This document shows positions 55,701-60,084 of a stretch of DNA of 64,000 nt, one piece after another. The stretch lies in the NCBI GenBank assembly GCA_963714975.1, contig CAVQQD010000002.1, positions 896,001-960,000 on the forward strand, read 5' to 3'. A program made the position numbers and the translations under genes. The notes under the pieces were generated by a model. It ran no database searches. It had not been told where the DNA came from and saw only the letters and a list, made by a program, of their open reading frames with translations. The DNA comes from an uncultured Gammaproteobacteria bacterium (GTDB lineage Bacteria; Pseudomonadota; Gammaproteobacteria; JAURND01). The number at the start of each line of letters is the position of its first letter. The stretch's first letter is position 1.

Positions 55701-56212
55701 TTTGGCGTTCTCTCTACCTGCTCTTCAAATAATTGATGGATGGTCTTTTCTTCCGGGAATTCTTTATTGGTTTTGTTCCATTCATAAACTATTTTTTGGT
55801 AATCCTCAGGCGATAATAATTCCTCTTTTTTTATAATTTCTTCTTCATAGGTCTTCGTGGAAACTACCGGCCAAGAGGAATAATGGCCTTGAGATAGCGT
55901 AATAACAGCGTCAACTAAGGTTTCAATTTCTACTTCATTTAATGAACCTCCGCTCAGTTCATATCCTTCATTTTCATCCTTAAACAGTATTATGTTATTT
56001 TTCGTGCATAAAACAGCTTTATTGCTGTTATCTTTATTTTTTTTTATCCATTTGAAAAAATCATTTACATCAAAAAATAGAATATAGTCATAGGTATTAG
56101 CAGTATCATCAGATTTTAAAGAGCTAATTTCATGGCCTAAGATATTTATTTCTTCTATAAACTCATCTATAGCTTTAAATTCCCCTAAAAATTTTAATTT
56201 AAGTGTTTTCAT
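37721..56212 (-). CDS. Five-module non-ribosomal peptide synthetase (A-T-C-A-T-C-A-T-C-A-T-E-C-A-T-E-TE)
   Basis: Five YTSGTTG.PKG A domains; T domains GG(N/D)S; C motifs HHILTDAQS, HHAITDGWS x2, HHAILDGWS; E motifs HHL.VD.VSW/EGHGRE/TVGWFT x2; TE GWSFGG. Confidence 0.97.
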   Translation of the reverse strand: MKTLKLKFLGEFKAIDEFIEEINILGHEISSLKSDDTANTYDYILFFDVNDFFKWIKKNKDNSNKAVLCTKNNIILFKDENEGYELSGGSLNEVEIETLVDAVITLSQGHYSSWPVVSTKTYEEEIIKKEELLSPEDYQKIVYEWNKTNKEFPEEKTIHQLFEEQVERTPNHVAMIYEDMQLTYYELNAKANQFAQYLREKYTIHGDDLIALYLDRSEYMLIAILAVLKAGAAYVPIDLSYPEERIIYILKDTETKAVITNAIYQDQIANFINHHQLTTEIEAIDSHGLQKKLKPFSETNPVKNILSANLAYVIYTSGTTGKPKGVMIAHKGVTNLLIAQAQEIDLSTQFQDTRSSIHSLWYTNCVFDVHVSEVFPVITHGHTIHIVKNSILHDMELLSDYINLHQIKIATIPPAILTIDSLLPLRTLIIGGEKTEKRLLEHYRNNQINIINAYGPTESTVCATLNHYKGDDLNTNIGKPIANITIYILDPNFNPLPVGAIGELYIGGIGLARGYLNLPDLTAERFITNPFQTEVEKKASKNSRLYKTGDLARYLPDGNIEFIGRSDFQIKIHGLRIEPGEIESKLVNYPQIKQAVVIAKEHHAEDNSNKYLIGYYVADSQLEENAILDYLHSQLPDYMVPSILIRLDKLPLTINGKVDLRALPEPESSIKFTYIAPRNDLDHKLCEVYAAALGLPTSKVGIRDDFFKLGGNSLAAMLAASRLSKEFTEVKLEDFYQFRSVESLSNHITLLLESSGEQHKPINIFKISDELLANDNRISNIQNAIYIQSNLDALPTTYNVPVLLRISDVDVDVFEEAIRFLFLNNRILKIRLIDKSHYKLSFEEILIRKVYLREEEVAEYANVSANYIFRLDGGSLICAEIAIIDKGHDIILNLTHHHILTDAQSVELLIAELLDNYNKIKEGVDIPEASKFDYLDYIPHQYALLQTADYNVAINKLLVKFNKAQPIQLSKITIDSSDNVGENFTFEISTLRMEKLLQLSTNNDISLYTLFLTIFYHVLDKYNFNDEKFPIGITVSNRRYDFIKALGPFVSALPLMFDYSSEDTILDNLRKVNDEIIFLNQYADINLNNIVNLSPKKGEEVAELMQIMFTMHNFKGTDEVNINMDISKLLDSNNSEKFGISVFAKEYADKVVFNISYLVDIYDKETVACIFKTYQFILNSLEQNNINRGFNQLKLISNADFDRLIYDWNKTDKDYPADKTIHQLFAEQVERTPDHIAVVYEDQQLSYRELNAKANQLAHYLQQQYHLQGDDLVALCLDRSEQMLIAILAVLKAGAAYVPMDPGYPDERIAYILEDTSAKLCLANEIHRARLADIINKHTLSTPIEAIDSNELQNKLNAYQGTNLSSPITNTNLAYVIYTSGTTGQPKGVLQQHNNVHRLLLATDDWYHFNSQDVWTLFHAYVFDFSVWEMWGALCHGGKLLIPSYEQTRDIKLFYELCEQHGITVLNQTPSVFYQFIDLAISAPHQLSSLRYIIFGGEALNLWQLQPWFNVYGYAKPLLVNMYGITETTVHVTYKPIAAEDLGNNSYIGKRIPDQNIYIVDAGLNPLPMGAIGEMYIGGAGLARGYLNLPDLTAERFIANPFQSAAEKQTGKNARLYKTGDLARYLPDGSIEYIGRNDFQVKIRGYRIELGEIENKLLSYPEIKQAVVLAREHQENQSKYLVGYYVAPRPLAADDIIGYLHSQLPEYMVPNVLMHIEQLPLTINGKLDRKALPDPEFGDELNYVEPRNDLEHMLCKIYAEVLGLSVEKVGINDNFFRLGGDSIIAIRLVSKINTALNSAVKVKDIFNKKTVGRLSDLIQSSIHEAPFLRETYTKFSFLTAAQLAKIDFDIVEDSYPASYLQMGMLLESELDEYGAYHDVFSYKLSSNFESDKFLSVWNKLIAKHELLRARFLTVSTGYNVEIAKTLTKDYVLFENQNVDSLIAQERVHNFDFTEFGLFRLLVNKLDDGFDLIFSFHHAITDGWSVASLINEFVQEYVHNLTIESPEFSISYGEFVKDEQNAIKDVDNINFWKDYLRDVELPSINWNFSKTKSADGLFYSRHSLTGDKVSKAIKMARELSIGVDTIFLHAYVETLSQFLNSDDVTLGLVVNNRPEFEGGDKLFGLFLNTIPFRYKLDKISTEQIFEEKLRLYEYKIMPYGYIKSMMGHEVYKFAYNFVHFHIFQESMEDIIDLQGYERTNIPCVLNVSQKAEEEFNITLVAHDDFIEEDYLNYLMKYFIYNLDLVLEGKSYKSSLLSKDYNKLIIDWNKTDKDYPADKTIHQLFAEQVERTPDHIAVVYEDQQLSYRELNAKANQLAHYLQQQYHLQGDDLVALCLDRSEQMLIAILAVLKAGAAYVPMDPGYPDERIAYILEDTSAKLCLANEIHRARLADIINKHTLSTPIEAIDSNELQNKLNAYQGTNLSSPITSTNLAYVIYTSGTTGQPKGVLQQHNNVHRLLLATDDWYHFNSQDVWTLFHAYVFDFSVWEMWGALCHGGKLLIPSYEQTRDIKLFYELCEQHGITVLNQTPSVFYQFIDLAISAPHQLSSLRYIIFGGEALNLWQLQPWFNVYGYAKPLLVNMYGITETTVHVTYKPIAAEDLGNNSYIGKRIPDQNIYIVDAGLNPLPMGAIGEMYIGGAGLARGYLNLPDLTAERFIANPFQSAAEKQTGKNARLYKTGDLARYLPDGSIEYIGRNDFQVKIRGYRIELGEIENKLLSYPEIKQAVVLAREHQENQSKYLVGYYVAPRPLAADDIIGYLHSQLPEYMVPNVLMHIEQLPLTINGKLDRKALPDPEFGDELNYVEPRNDLEHMLCKIYAEVLGLSVEKVGINDNFFRLGGDSIIAIRLVSKINTALNSAVKVKDIFNKKTVGRLSDLIQSSIHEAPFLRETYTKFSFLTAAQLAKIDFDIVEDSYPASYLQMGMLLESELDEYGAYHDVFSYKLSSNFESDKFLSVWNKLIAKHELLRARFLTVSTGYNVEIAKTLTKDYVLFENQNVDSLIAQERVHNFDFTEFGLFRLLVNKLDDGFDLIFSFHHAITDGWSVASLINEFVQEYVHNLTIESPEFSISYGEFVKDEQNAIKDVDNINFWKDYLRDVELPSINWNFSKTKSADGLFYSRHSLTGDKVSKAIKMARELSIGVDTIFLHAYVETLSQFLNSDDVTLGLVVNNRPEFEGGDKLFGLFLNTIPFRYKLDKISTEQIFEEKLRLYEYKIMPYGYIKSMMGHEVYKFAYNFVHFHIFQESMEDIIDLQGYERTNIPCVLNVSQKAEEEFNITLVAHDDFIEEDYLNYLMKYFIYNLDLALEGKSYKSSLLSKDYNKLIIDWNKTDKDYPADKTIHQLFEEQVERTPDHIALVYENRQFTYRELNTKANQLAHYLQQQYHLQGDDLVALCLDRSEQMLITILAVLKAGAAYVPMDPGYPDERIAYVLKDTSAKLCLANEIHRARLVNIINKHALSAHIEAIDSNELQNKLNAYQGTNLSQPITSANLAYVIYTSGTTGKPKGVMIEHRSVVNLAVMQAKEFGLTRQYENKLFALKCLCYANYVFDAHVWELFTVIINGHTTHIVSDAIRQDVQLLSEYINLYKINVALIPPALLTLDHLLLLNTLVVGGDKTEKEILEYYKNNQVNVINAYGPTESTVYVTLNHYRNQDLSTDIGKPITNVRIYILDEDLKPLPIGVIGELYIGGVGLARGYLNLPDLTAERFIINPFQSETEKKAGKNARLYKTGDLARYLPDGNIEYLGRNDFQVKIRGFRIELGEIENKLLNYSEINQATVSVKEHTQNQSKYLVGYYVANNPLDENSILDYLRMQLPDYMVPNVLIYLDQLPLTINGKLDRNALPDPEFSDVLNYVAPSNDLERQVCEIYAEALGLSAESVGIRDDFFRLGGDSIISIQLVSRIRRQLQLTISVKDIFAHKTVEKLCEKVLAEQLANAANLPEQLLTENGVLSGEVDFLPIQAWFFSQVSSGFYPRPGHWNQAFLIKTGKLDQELLKHSLVKLIEYHDAFRLNYRLTTAGNYQQYYSPAISFDALILAYANVSEFTTSEYQEMLTDWQSHFELLAEMPLYQIGYLEGYPDGSRKIFFALHHLLVDAVSWRIIAHDLRELYEKLSIAQSNNKLDEILQQSSEQLLGRKGTSYRQWVEQVQVYAETQMVERSYWQEELSGLAAEEGHLIALLPNEDSQSYAEMSLDKERTRQLLADSGHAYHTEINDLLLTAFGRALAQLTHQEIHYIYITLEGHGREEIAQGIDITHTVGWFTTMYPVKLATVENISQSIVQVKESLRRIPHKGIGYGALLGYSHQDLPRVTFNYLGQFDASGKDESNWMITGEPSGMAVSHANIDNNIINANGAVYQGELRFGLLSKLSQNDLNHLVEAFKREVLAIIKHTVDLPRAYLTTSDIDYIISQSYLDKIQAQQAITHVYLANSLQQGFIYHALNQGETDTAYRVQFLFNYENSLEPELLRMAWQGALKKYPSLRLRFSWDEKLVQIIDQHQELYWQYSDISAKDPQQQEYYMNELVVHDRQHSYHLDQGQLLRIHLLKQGEASYSCLFSSHHAILDGWSTPLLLGFVHDLYLQLYTNRTNSAMQVRILANIQEEVAYLLSQAYLQRRHLASENYWRMELAKVIDYPDLTGLLRLDKKSIKLAEYRFIVDKAEASVHAEQSLYQSIKAFSYEHGITVNALLQYSWHKLLSVYGNSQTTVVGTTISGRNLPIDEIESSVGLYINTLPLIVNHEGEETIIEQIKILQNKINEMNSYSDINLAKLQSSGRRLFDSLFIYENYPVPQKMEDHLLKLSGFQGMEALDYPLAITAYEQEGRIQINLKYAAELFSVKTIETLLSCLESLLYQITVIGVEQQNELSYLNAADYQKIILDWNKTERDYPADKTIHQLFEEQVERTPDHIALVYENRQLTYRELNTKANQLAHYLRQHYQLQGDDLIALCLDRSEKMLIAILAVLKAGAAYVPMDPRYPDERITYALEDTAAKLCLTNEIYRARLADIISKHALATHIEAIDGDELQSKLNAYQETNLPQHINSTNLAYVIYTSGTTGQPKGVLQQHNNVHRLLLATDDWYHFNSQDVWTLFHAYVFDVSVWEMWGALCHGGKLLIPSYEQTRDIKLFYELCEQHGVTVLNQTPSVFYQFIDLAISAPHQLSSLRYIIFAGEALNFWQLQPWFDVYGYTKPLLVNMYGITETTVHVTYKPIAAEDLGNNSYIGRRIPDQNIYIVDAGLNPLPIGAIGELYVGGAGLARGYLNLPELTAEKFIANPFQTEQEKATNKNAHLYKTGDLVRYLADGNIEYIGRNDFQVKIRGFRIELGEIEAKLSSYPEIKQAAVLAREHLNESGLPTGNKYLVGYYVADRSLNHNAMLNYLSQQLPDYMIPSALVWLDKLPLTINGKLDRKALPDPEFVSADHYIAPRNELEKQISEVYAAVLGLPVDKISIGDDFFRLGGDSISSIQLSSRLRQLNINCGVKDIFIHRTVEKLAQYLLESTTPSLKIQREQGLLEGTFDLLPIQQWFFDQVSTDKFKRPWHWNQSFLIRVPELDEDKLESCIEKLVEQHDILRVIFNQKENKWSQSYQRNISFSGLKRLQINHQSSEQINQRLTLWQSEFDLAKGPLFQIGYISGYPDGSARIYFALHHLIVDTVSWRILADDIHRLYKGEVLGNKASSYRQWVKVVELYHLSHKHEADYWNGILDSLPNYSRSEIYEPELGEIKLPKTITQQLLQKANQAYHTEINDLLLTALAYALKDWQGSTVNGITLEGHGREHIDESIDHSYTVGWFTIMYPVKLELQDTVRASIKHIKESLRLIPHKGLGYGSFSVVENSSIAFNKLPPIRFNYLGQFDKQEGDWQISLDDSGLSMHQDNQDSTLINISGYVSEGQLHFNIVTRLGKKITRLVTIRFEYHLKNIIKHCITVLRDGEQENTQSDFANFIPFEIVNEDVNEDPLFIFPPGHGGAESYYNHLLPKFKNKKLVIFNNFLHHVKDNQLLQSKLTFEELAKYYTLQLQKIQPKGPYNFLGWSFGGVLAFEITRQLKQSGHAVSKLILLDSYFNYKKAIHDICKDMNIPKEVYQDINYKYDPKGCSGLFEGTEIKLIKANIRVDHTQLKNINPDSSQEAIDFNFKIHQYYVDTIANNLDNYVRHFKIYELDCHHYNILEKISF
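46218..52594. repeat. 3174-bp tandem duplication of an A-T-C unit within the NRPS
   Basis: Constant 3174 offset (46218/49392; identical shadow ORFs 47302/50476 and 47974/51148). Two amino-acid differences seen. Confidence 0.93.
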
Positions 56213-57147
56213 TATTCACCACTTTTTTGAAGTAGCCAATTTTTTTCTTTTAGCTTAGGGGAAGTGAATTTATCAATTAAACCTGCTCTATCTAATTGAA
56301 TAAGAATGTTTTTAAGTAATGGGCTATCTTTTGTTAATCTGAAGTCCTTATAGGTCTCTTCTAACATAGAAGTTGCTTCATTTTCCAAAAAACCTAATTG
56401 AAGTAGTATTTGTCTCTCGAATTCCATTTGGACTTGCACACCTAAATATAACTCTAGAAACGATGGCAATATATTGGCAATATTTTCCTTATATGCATCA
56501 GAAATGTTCTTCCAAATATATTTTAATAAGTGAAAGAAAATTCCAGAATGTCTAGCTTCATCTGACAAATGATCGTTTAGCATTTTTTGAAAGAATGGAT
56601 GTGTTTCACTTTTAGCTGTCATGCTAACAATTTCTTTAGTCAGCGTATTTTCAGCTAAACAAACAGCGATCAAGTCAAATACTCCATGGTATTTGTTTGG
56701 TAGTTTTTCTTTTACGGTTTTCATTGCTCTTTCTATTTCGATAGTCTTTGGCAATGGCAATGGTGCAATATTAGTATTTTTTTCAATTTGCAGCATGCAA
56801 TCATATGCAACATAGGCATGATAGGATTCATCAACCATAATGGTATACAGATTAAGTTTTTGCTCTTCAGAAAACTCAATTGGCAAGGTATTAGTAACTA
56901 CAGTTAGAATTACATTATTCACCACTCTTGTTTCTATCACAGCAATATCATTAGAATATTTGTAAAAAGATTGGGTAAGCAAGTAATTGAGCGCACCATT
57001 ACCTTTCTCCAGTATTTTTGGATGAACTGCTAATGGTTGCTGAGAAATAGGCAAAAAATAGCCTTTAGTGGTAGCGTCAAAGACGATTCGTGGCCTGCTC
57101 CTCACACTAGAGCGTTTTTCCCATTTATCTTGTATCTTATGTTCCAT
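56212..57147 (-). CDS. AurF-family diiron N-oxygenase (PvfB/HamC-like)
   Basis: WEKRSSVRSRPR, IE, VDESYH, LAENTLT, DHLSDEARH diiron ligands. TAA overlaps the NRPS ATG. Confidence 0.88.
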   Translation of the reverse strand: MEHKIQDKWEKRSSVRSRPRIVFDATTKGYFLPISQQPLAVHPKILEKGNGALNYLLTQSFYKYSNDIAVIETRVVNNVILTVVTNTLPIEFSEEQKLNLYTIMVDESYHAYVAYDCMLQIEKNTNIAPLPLPKTIEIERAMKTVKEKLPNKYHGVFDLIAVCLAENTLTKEIVSMTAKSETHPFFQKMLNDHLSDEARHSGIFFHLLKYIWKNISDAYKENIANILPSFLELYLGVQVQMEFERQILLQLGFLENEATSMLEETYKDFRLTKDSPLLKNILIQLDRAGLIDKFTSPKLKEKNWLLQKSGE

Positions 57148-57514
57148 AATATGCCATCCTATATATCCATATATCTACTGGTCATTGTAGTACATATTTT
57201 TGAACTGGGTTTTTTATGACTAAATTTATTTGAATCAATACATTAAACTATTAGAATTTCCCGTAAAAATATGTTTGGAGTCCCTTAATACTGGCATGAA
57301 CTTTACTGCTGCATTTTATTTTTCAAACATTTTCTACATCACATTTCTTTAGTTTTTTCTGAGGTTTCTGGCGGCGGCGGCTATCGAATTATGCCATTAA
57401 TTAATTGTTATTAAAGAAATTTTAAAATTAATTTTTCAAATATACCCCCAGCAATAAAACTTACTCACGCTCCTGCCTTCCTTACTCATCCACAACTGGC
57501 TCCTTCTGATTAGA

Positions 57515-58369
57515 TTACTTTGCTTTTTTGGTTTTATCTTTTATCATCTTATCCATGTTTTGTGGCAAATAATTTGCCTTTGTAACCACTTTCTTGCCAG
57601 TCTTGTTTTCCAATGCAATACGGGCAGTTTTTGCAATCCCTCCCCCTTGTTTGCTGGCTACCTCATTCTCCGGCATCCCTTTTGCTTCCATCGTCTCCGC
57701 AATTTGCCGAGTCGATAATTCTGCCAACGCAGTAAAAATCAATTCCGCCTCGCTCATATGATCGCGCAGATTTTCAGTTTTCAGCCCCTTAGCTTTTTTG
57801 TGATCTTTAACGCTAATCCCCGCCCATTCTTGATGAATAATATTAGTCAGGATGGCAAATTCATCTGGTTTTTCGACACCATTATCTTTCCAGTAATCTG
57901 TCAGCTTATTACGGGTTTCCTGACCCATCATCCGTTGCTGAATCCATTTTTCACTATATCCATGCTGCCGCCAAGTTTCCCTAGCTCTATTCAAAGACCT
58001 GGCTGGGTCGGCCATTTCCTGCATCCGCTCATAACCTACTTTAGCCAACCATAACTTGATCGGCTCTGCTTTAGGGCTGGGTACTGATTGAATCAGACGT
58101 AACAAGGTTTCAGCATTGGCAACATCGGTAAGCCTTAATTTGCCGTCTTCTGCCGTCATTTTCAACTGGTGACAATTTGTCACCACTTCACTGCCTTCAT
58201 TTTTTAGCCTTTGCTTCAACTTATTCCAGTACTTTCGGACAGTTTGGTAATCAGGCTGTTGAATTAATGCCTGTATAATATCAATAACCGAGAATAGCCA
58301 AGTTTCAGTTTGTTCATTATACAAACGGCGGATTTTATAGTCTTCAAAAATGGTTAGATTATTTCTCAT
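57515..58369 (-). CDS. Bro-N domain protein (phage antirepressor-like)
   Basis: WLFSVIDII, YWNKLKQRL, VTNCHQLKM.A.DGK, IQSVPSPKAEP.K.WLA, NLRDHMS..EL. Confidence 0.9.
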   Translation of the reverse strand: MRNNLTIFEDYKIRRLYNEQTETWLFSVIDIIQALIQQPDYQTVRKYWNKLKQRLKNEGSEVVTNCHQLKMTAEDGKLRLTDVANAETLLRLIQSVPSPKAEPIKLWLAKVGYERMQEMADPARSLNRARETWRQHGYSEKWIQQRMMGQETRNKLTDYWKDNGVEKPDEFAILTNIIHQEWAGISVKDHKKAKGLKTENLRDHMSEAELIFTALAELSTRQIAETMEAKGMPENEVASKQGGGIAKTARIALENKTGKKVVTKANYLPQNMDKMIKDKTKKAK

Positions 58370-58436
58370 AGGGAAATCCTTGCATCTGAATAGAGAGAGG
58401 CTAAAGTTTTGGCTGATTATAAACTGATTAGCCACA

Positions 58437-58468
58437 ATAAAGACCCCGTATTAAACGAGGTCTTTATT
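58437..58468. terminator. Hairpin between the small ORF and the Bro-N gene
   Basis: ATAAAGACC-c-CG...CG-a-GGTCTTTAT inverted repeat. Confidence 0.45.
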
Positions 58469-58475
58469 TAAAAAA

Positions 58476-58724
58476 CTACTGTGCTGGAACAAGCTTTTTT
58501 AATTGCTCAAAAAGCAGCCCAAGCTCCTCTAGATAATCATCTACTGCCCATAAGGCATGATAAAGAGTATTATTATCCAATTCCATTTCTCCACGCACAA
58601 ACTGCGCAGCAAACATGATACAAGTCAGAACAGCCTGGGATTTTTGAACTTTGGCATATATCAAATCCTGAACATTAATAATTGCCACTGAAGAAGGTGA
58701 ATCGTGGTTAGGAAAATTACTCAT
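58476..58724 (-). CDS. Small phage-like hypothetical protein
   Basis: CAGGAG RBS before ATG 58724, helical protein with YHALWAVDDYL. Lies downstream of a c4/Ash-like leader. Confidence 0.6.
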   Translation of the reverse strand: MSNFPNHDSPSSVAIINVQDLIYAKVQKSQAVLTCIMFAAQFVRGEMELDNNTLYHALWAVDDYLEELGLLFEQLKKLVPAQ

Positions 58725-58782
58725 TAAACAGCTCCTGATTAATATGTTTATATTGCATATTGCCAATTACAATTGGCGGCCA

Positions 58783-58915
58783 GGAGCTAAACACCGTAAT
58801 CAGAACGGCGGACTAATTTCCTCTTCAGGTATTGTATTCGTCCACTCCCAGCCATGGGCTAGGCAAAAAACCGTATCTAACAGGACGGTTACCGCTGATT
58901 AGTGTGTTTAGCACC
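58783..58915 (-). ncRNA. Structured leader resembling phage c4/Ash-type antirepressor regulatory RNA
   Basis: Terminal inverted repeat GCTAAACAC..TAATCAG / CTGATTA..GTGTTTAGC, internal GAATACAATACC. Upstream of a Bro-N operon. Confidence 0.4.
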
Positions 58916-59148
58916 AGTTCGGAGGGTAGCATCGGTCTTCAAACAAATCAATCCTAAAGCAAACTGCGTAGTCAACTATCATTTATGAGTTATCTTGCGG
59001 GAAAATCTTGTAAAGATTTAAGACTTTAAACACTGATATTACATAATTATTAAAATAAAATTATATTTTTTACTGCATAAGTCGGTTGGGCAATTTCCTA
59101 TTCATCAATACATTAGAAAATAAACCAGGATGGGTCATTTCAATTATG

Positions 59149-59549
59149 CGGTGGTTTTAACTCTCGCAATGGTGGAATTAATTCTCCAACTTCAACGTGC
59201 AAGGTAAAAGCAATCTGAATGAGATTTTGAATAGATAGATTTTGTTCCCCTCTTTCAACCTCAAAGCTATTCGCTGCACGATCTGCCCTACTTGCTTTGA
59301 TTGCCTTACGGTTTTCTCCAGGGTCGATGCTATCTACTAATAGCTTCCTAGCTTCATCTCGTTATTCTCTCGCTTTGGCAAGAGTAACGTCGGGATAAAC
59401 GCCAACGGAGAGCAGTTTTTCTTTCCCATCGAAACGCCACCACTTACCCCCAGCAGGAGTAATGAGCAAAAACAAACCTTTTTCGTCTGCCAGTTTATAA
59501 GGCTTTTCACGAGGCTTTATATTGCGGAGGTGATATCGGTTAAAGGCAT
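59149..59549 (-). pseudogene. P4-family tyrosine integrase remnant (arm-binding domain) fused to an XRE HTH remnant
   Basis: MPLTDI/fs/KPREKPYKLADEKGLFLLITPAGGKWWR..GKEKLLSVGVYPDVTLAKARE*..ARKLL...IDP..ANSFEV, then ERGEQNLSIQNLIQIA. Confidence 0.85.
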
Positions 59550-59646
59550 TTTGGGGTAACCTAAGTTAATGGTAACTCTATTACCCCTATAGTTACCCCT
59601 ATCCAACCTAGGATGTCAATGAATTTTATAAGACAGCATAAGACAT

Positions 59647-59690
59647 AAAAAAAGCCAGAACCCCCCCCTATTTTACTGGAGATCCTGGCC
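59647..59690 (-). terminator. Intrinsic terminator of ssrA
   Basis: GCCAG...CTGGC hairpin followed by a T-run on the minus strand. Confidence 0.6.
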
Positions 59691-59717
59691 TTCTCTGGAC
59701 ATCTTAAGATTGAAACT

Positions 59718-60078
59718 TGGTGGAGGCGGCGAGAATCGAACTCGCGTCCGCAAATCCTCTACCGTCGGTTCTACATGTGTAGCCTCATCATTTATTTAAC
59801 TAACTAGCGCCCGATGGGCAAGGAAACTAGCTAGCGAGTCTTCTTAATTTAGCAGTTTAAGCGAAGACGCCTTAAACTACGATCTTATGTGGAATAACCA
59901 CTGAGGAAGGTCCATAAGTAAACCTAGTCAATGGTCGGACAGTTGGTTTTTAGGCAACTTTTCCGAAAGCTACTTCGTCATTTACGACTAACATTTGTAA
60001 CCCATTTTAACGAGTTGAAGTTACCTGCTCGACATGCTCCTTGGGCTTCGCAACTCACGTCGAAACCAAGTCGCCCCC
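59718..60078 (-). ncRNA. ssrA: tmRNA
   Basis: 5' GGGGGCGACTTGGTTTCGAC, 3' GTTCGATTCTCGCCGCCTCCACCA, G3-U alanine determinant. Tag frame 59985-59950 encodes VNDEVAFGKVA*. Confidence 0.96.
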
Positions 60079-60084
60079 CTCTAT

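Larger units (their letters stand above)
36879..59913. mobile_element. Degenerate genomic island integrated at ssrA, carrying the NRPS cluster
   Basis: ssrA direct repeats at both ends, P4-type integrase remnant, arm-site-like GGGT(A/G)AC repeats at 37328-37353 and 59551-59600, Bro-N gene. Confidence 0.85.

Noticed and set aside
57405-57440. PmrA-like box upstream of the oxygenase-NRPS operon
   Set aside because: TTAA pairs with the right spacing exist, but in extremely AT-rich DNA and with no convincing -10 at the expected distance.
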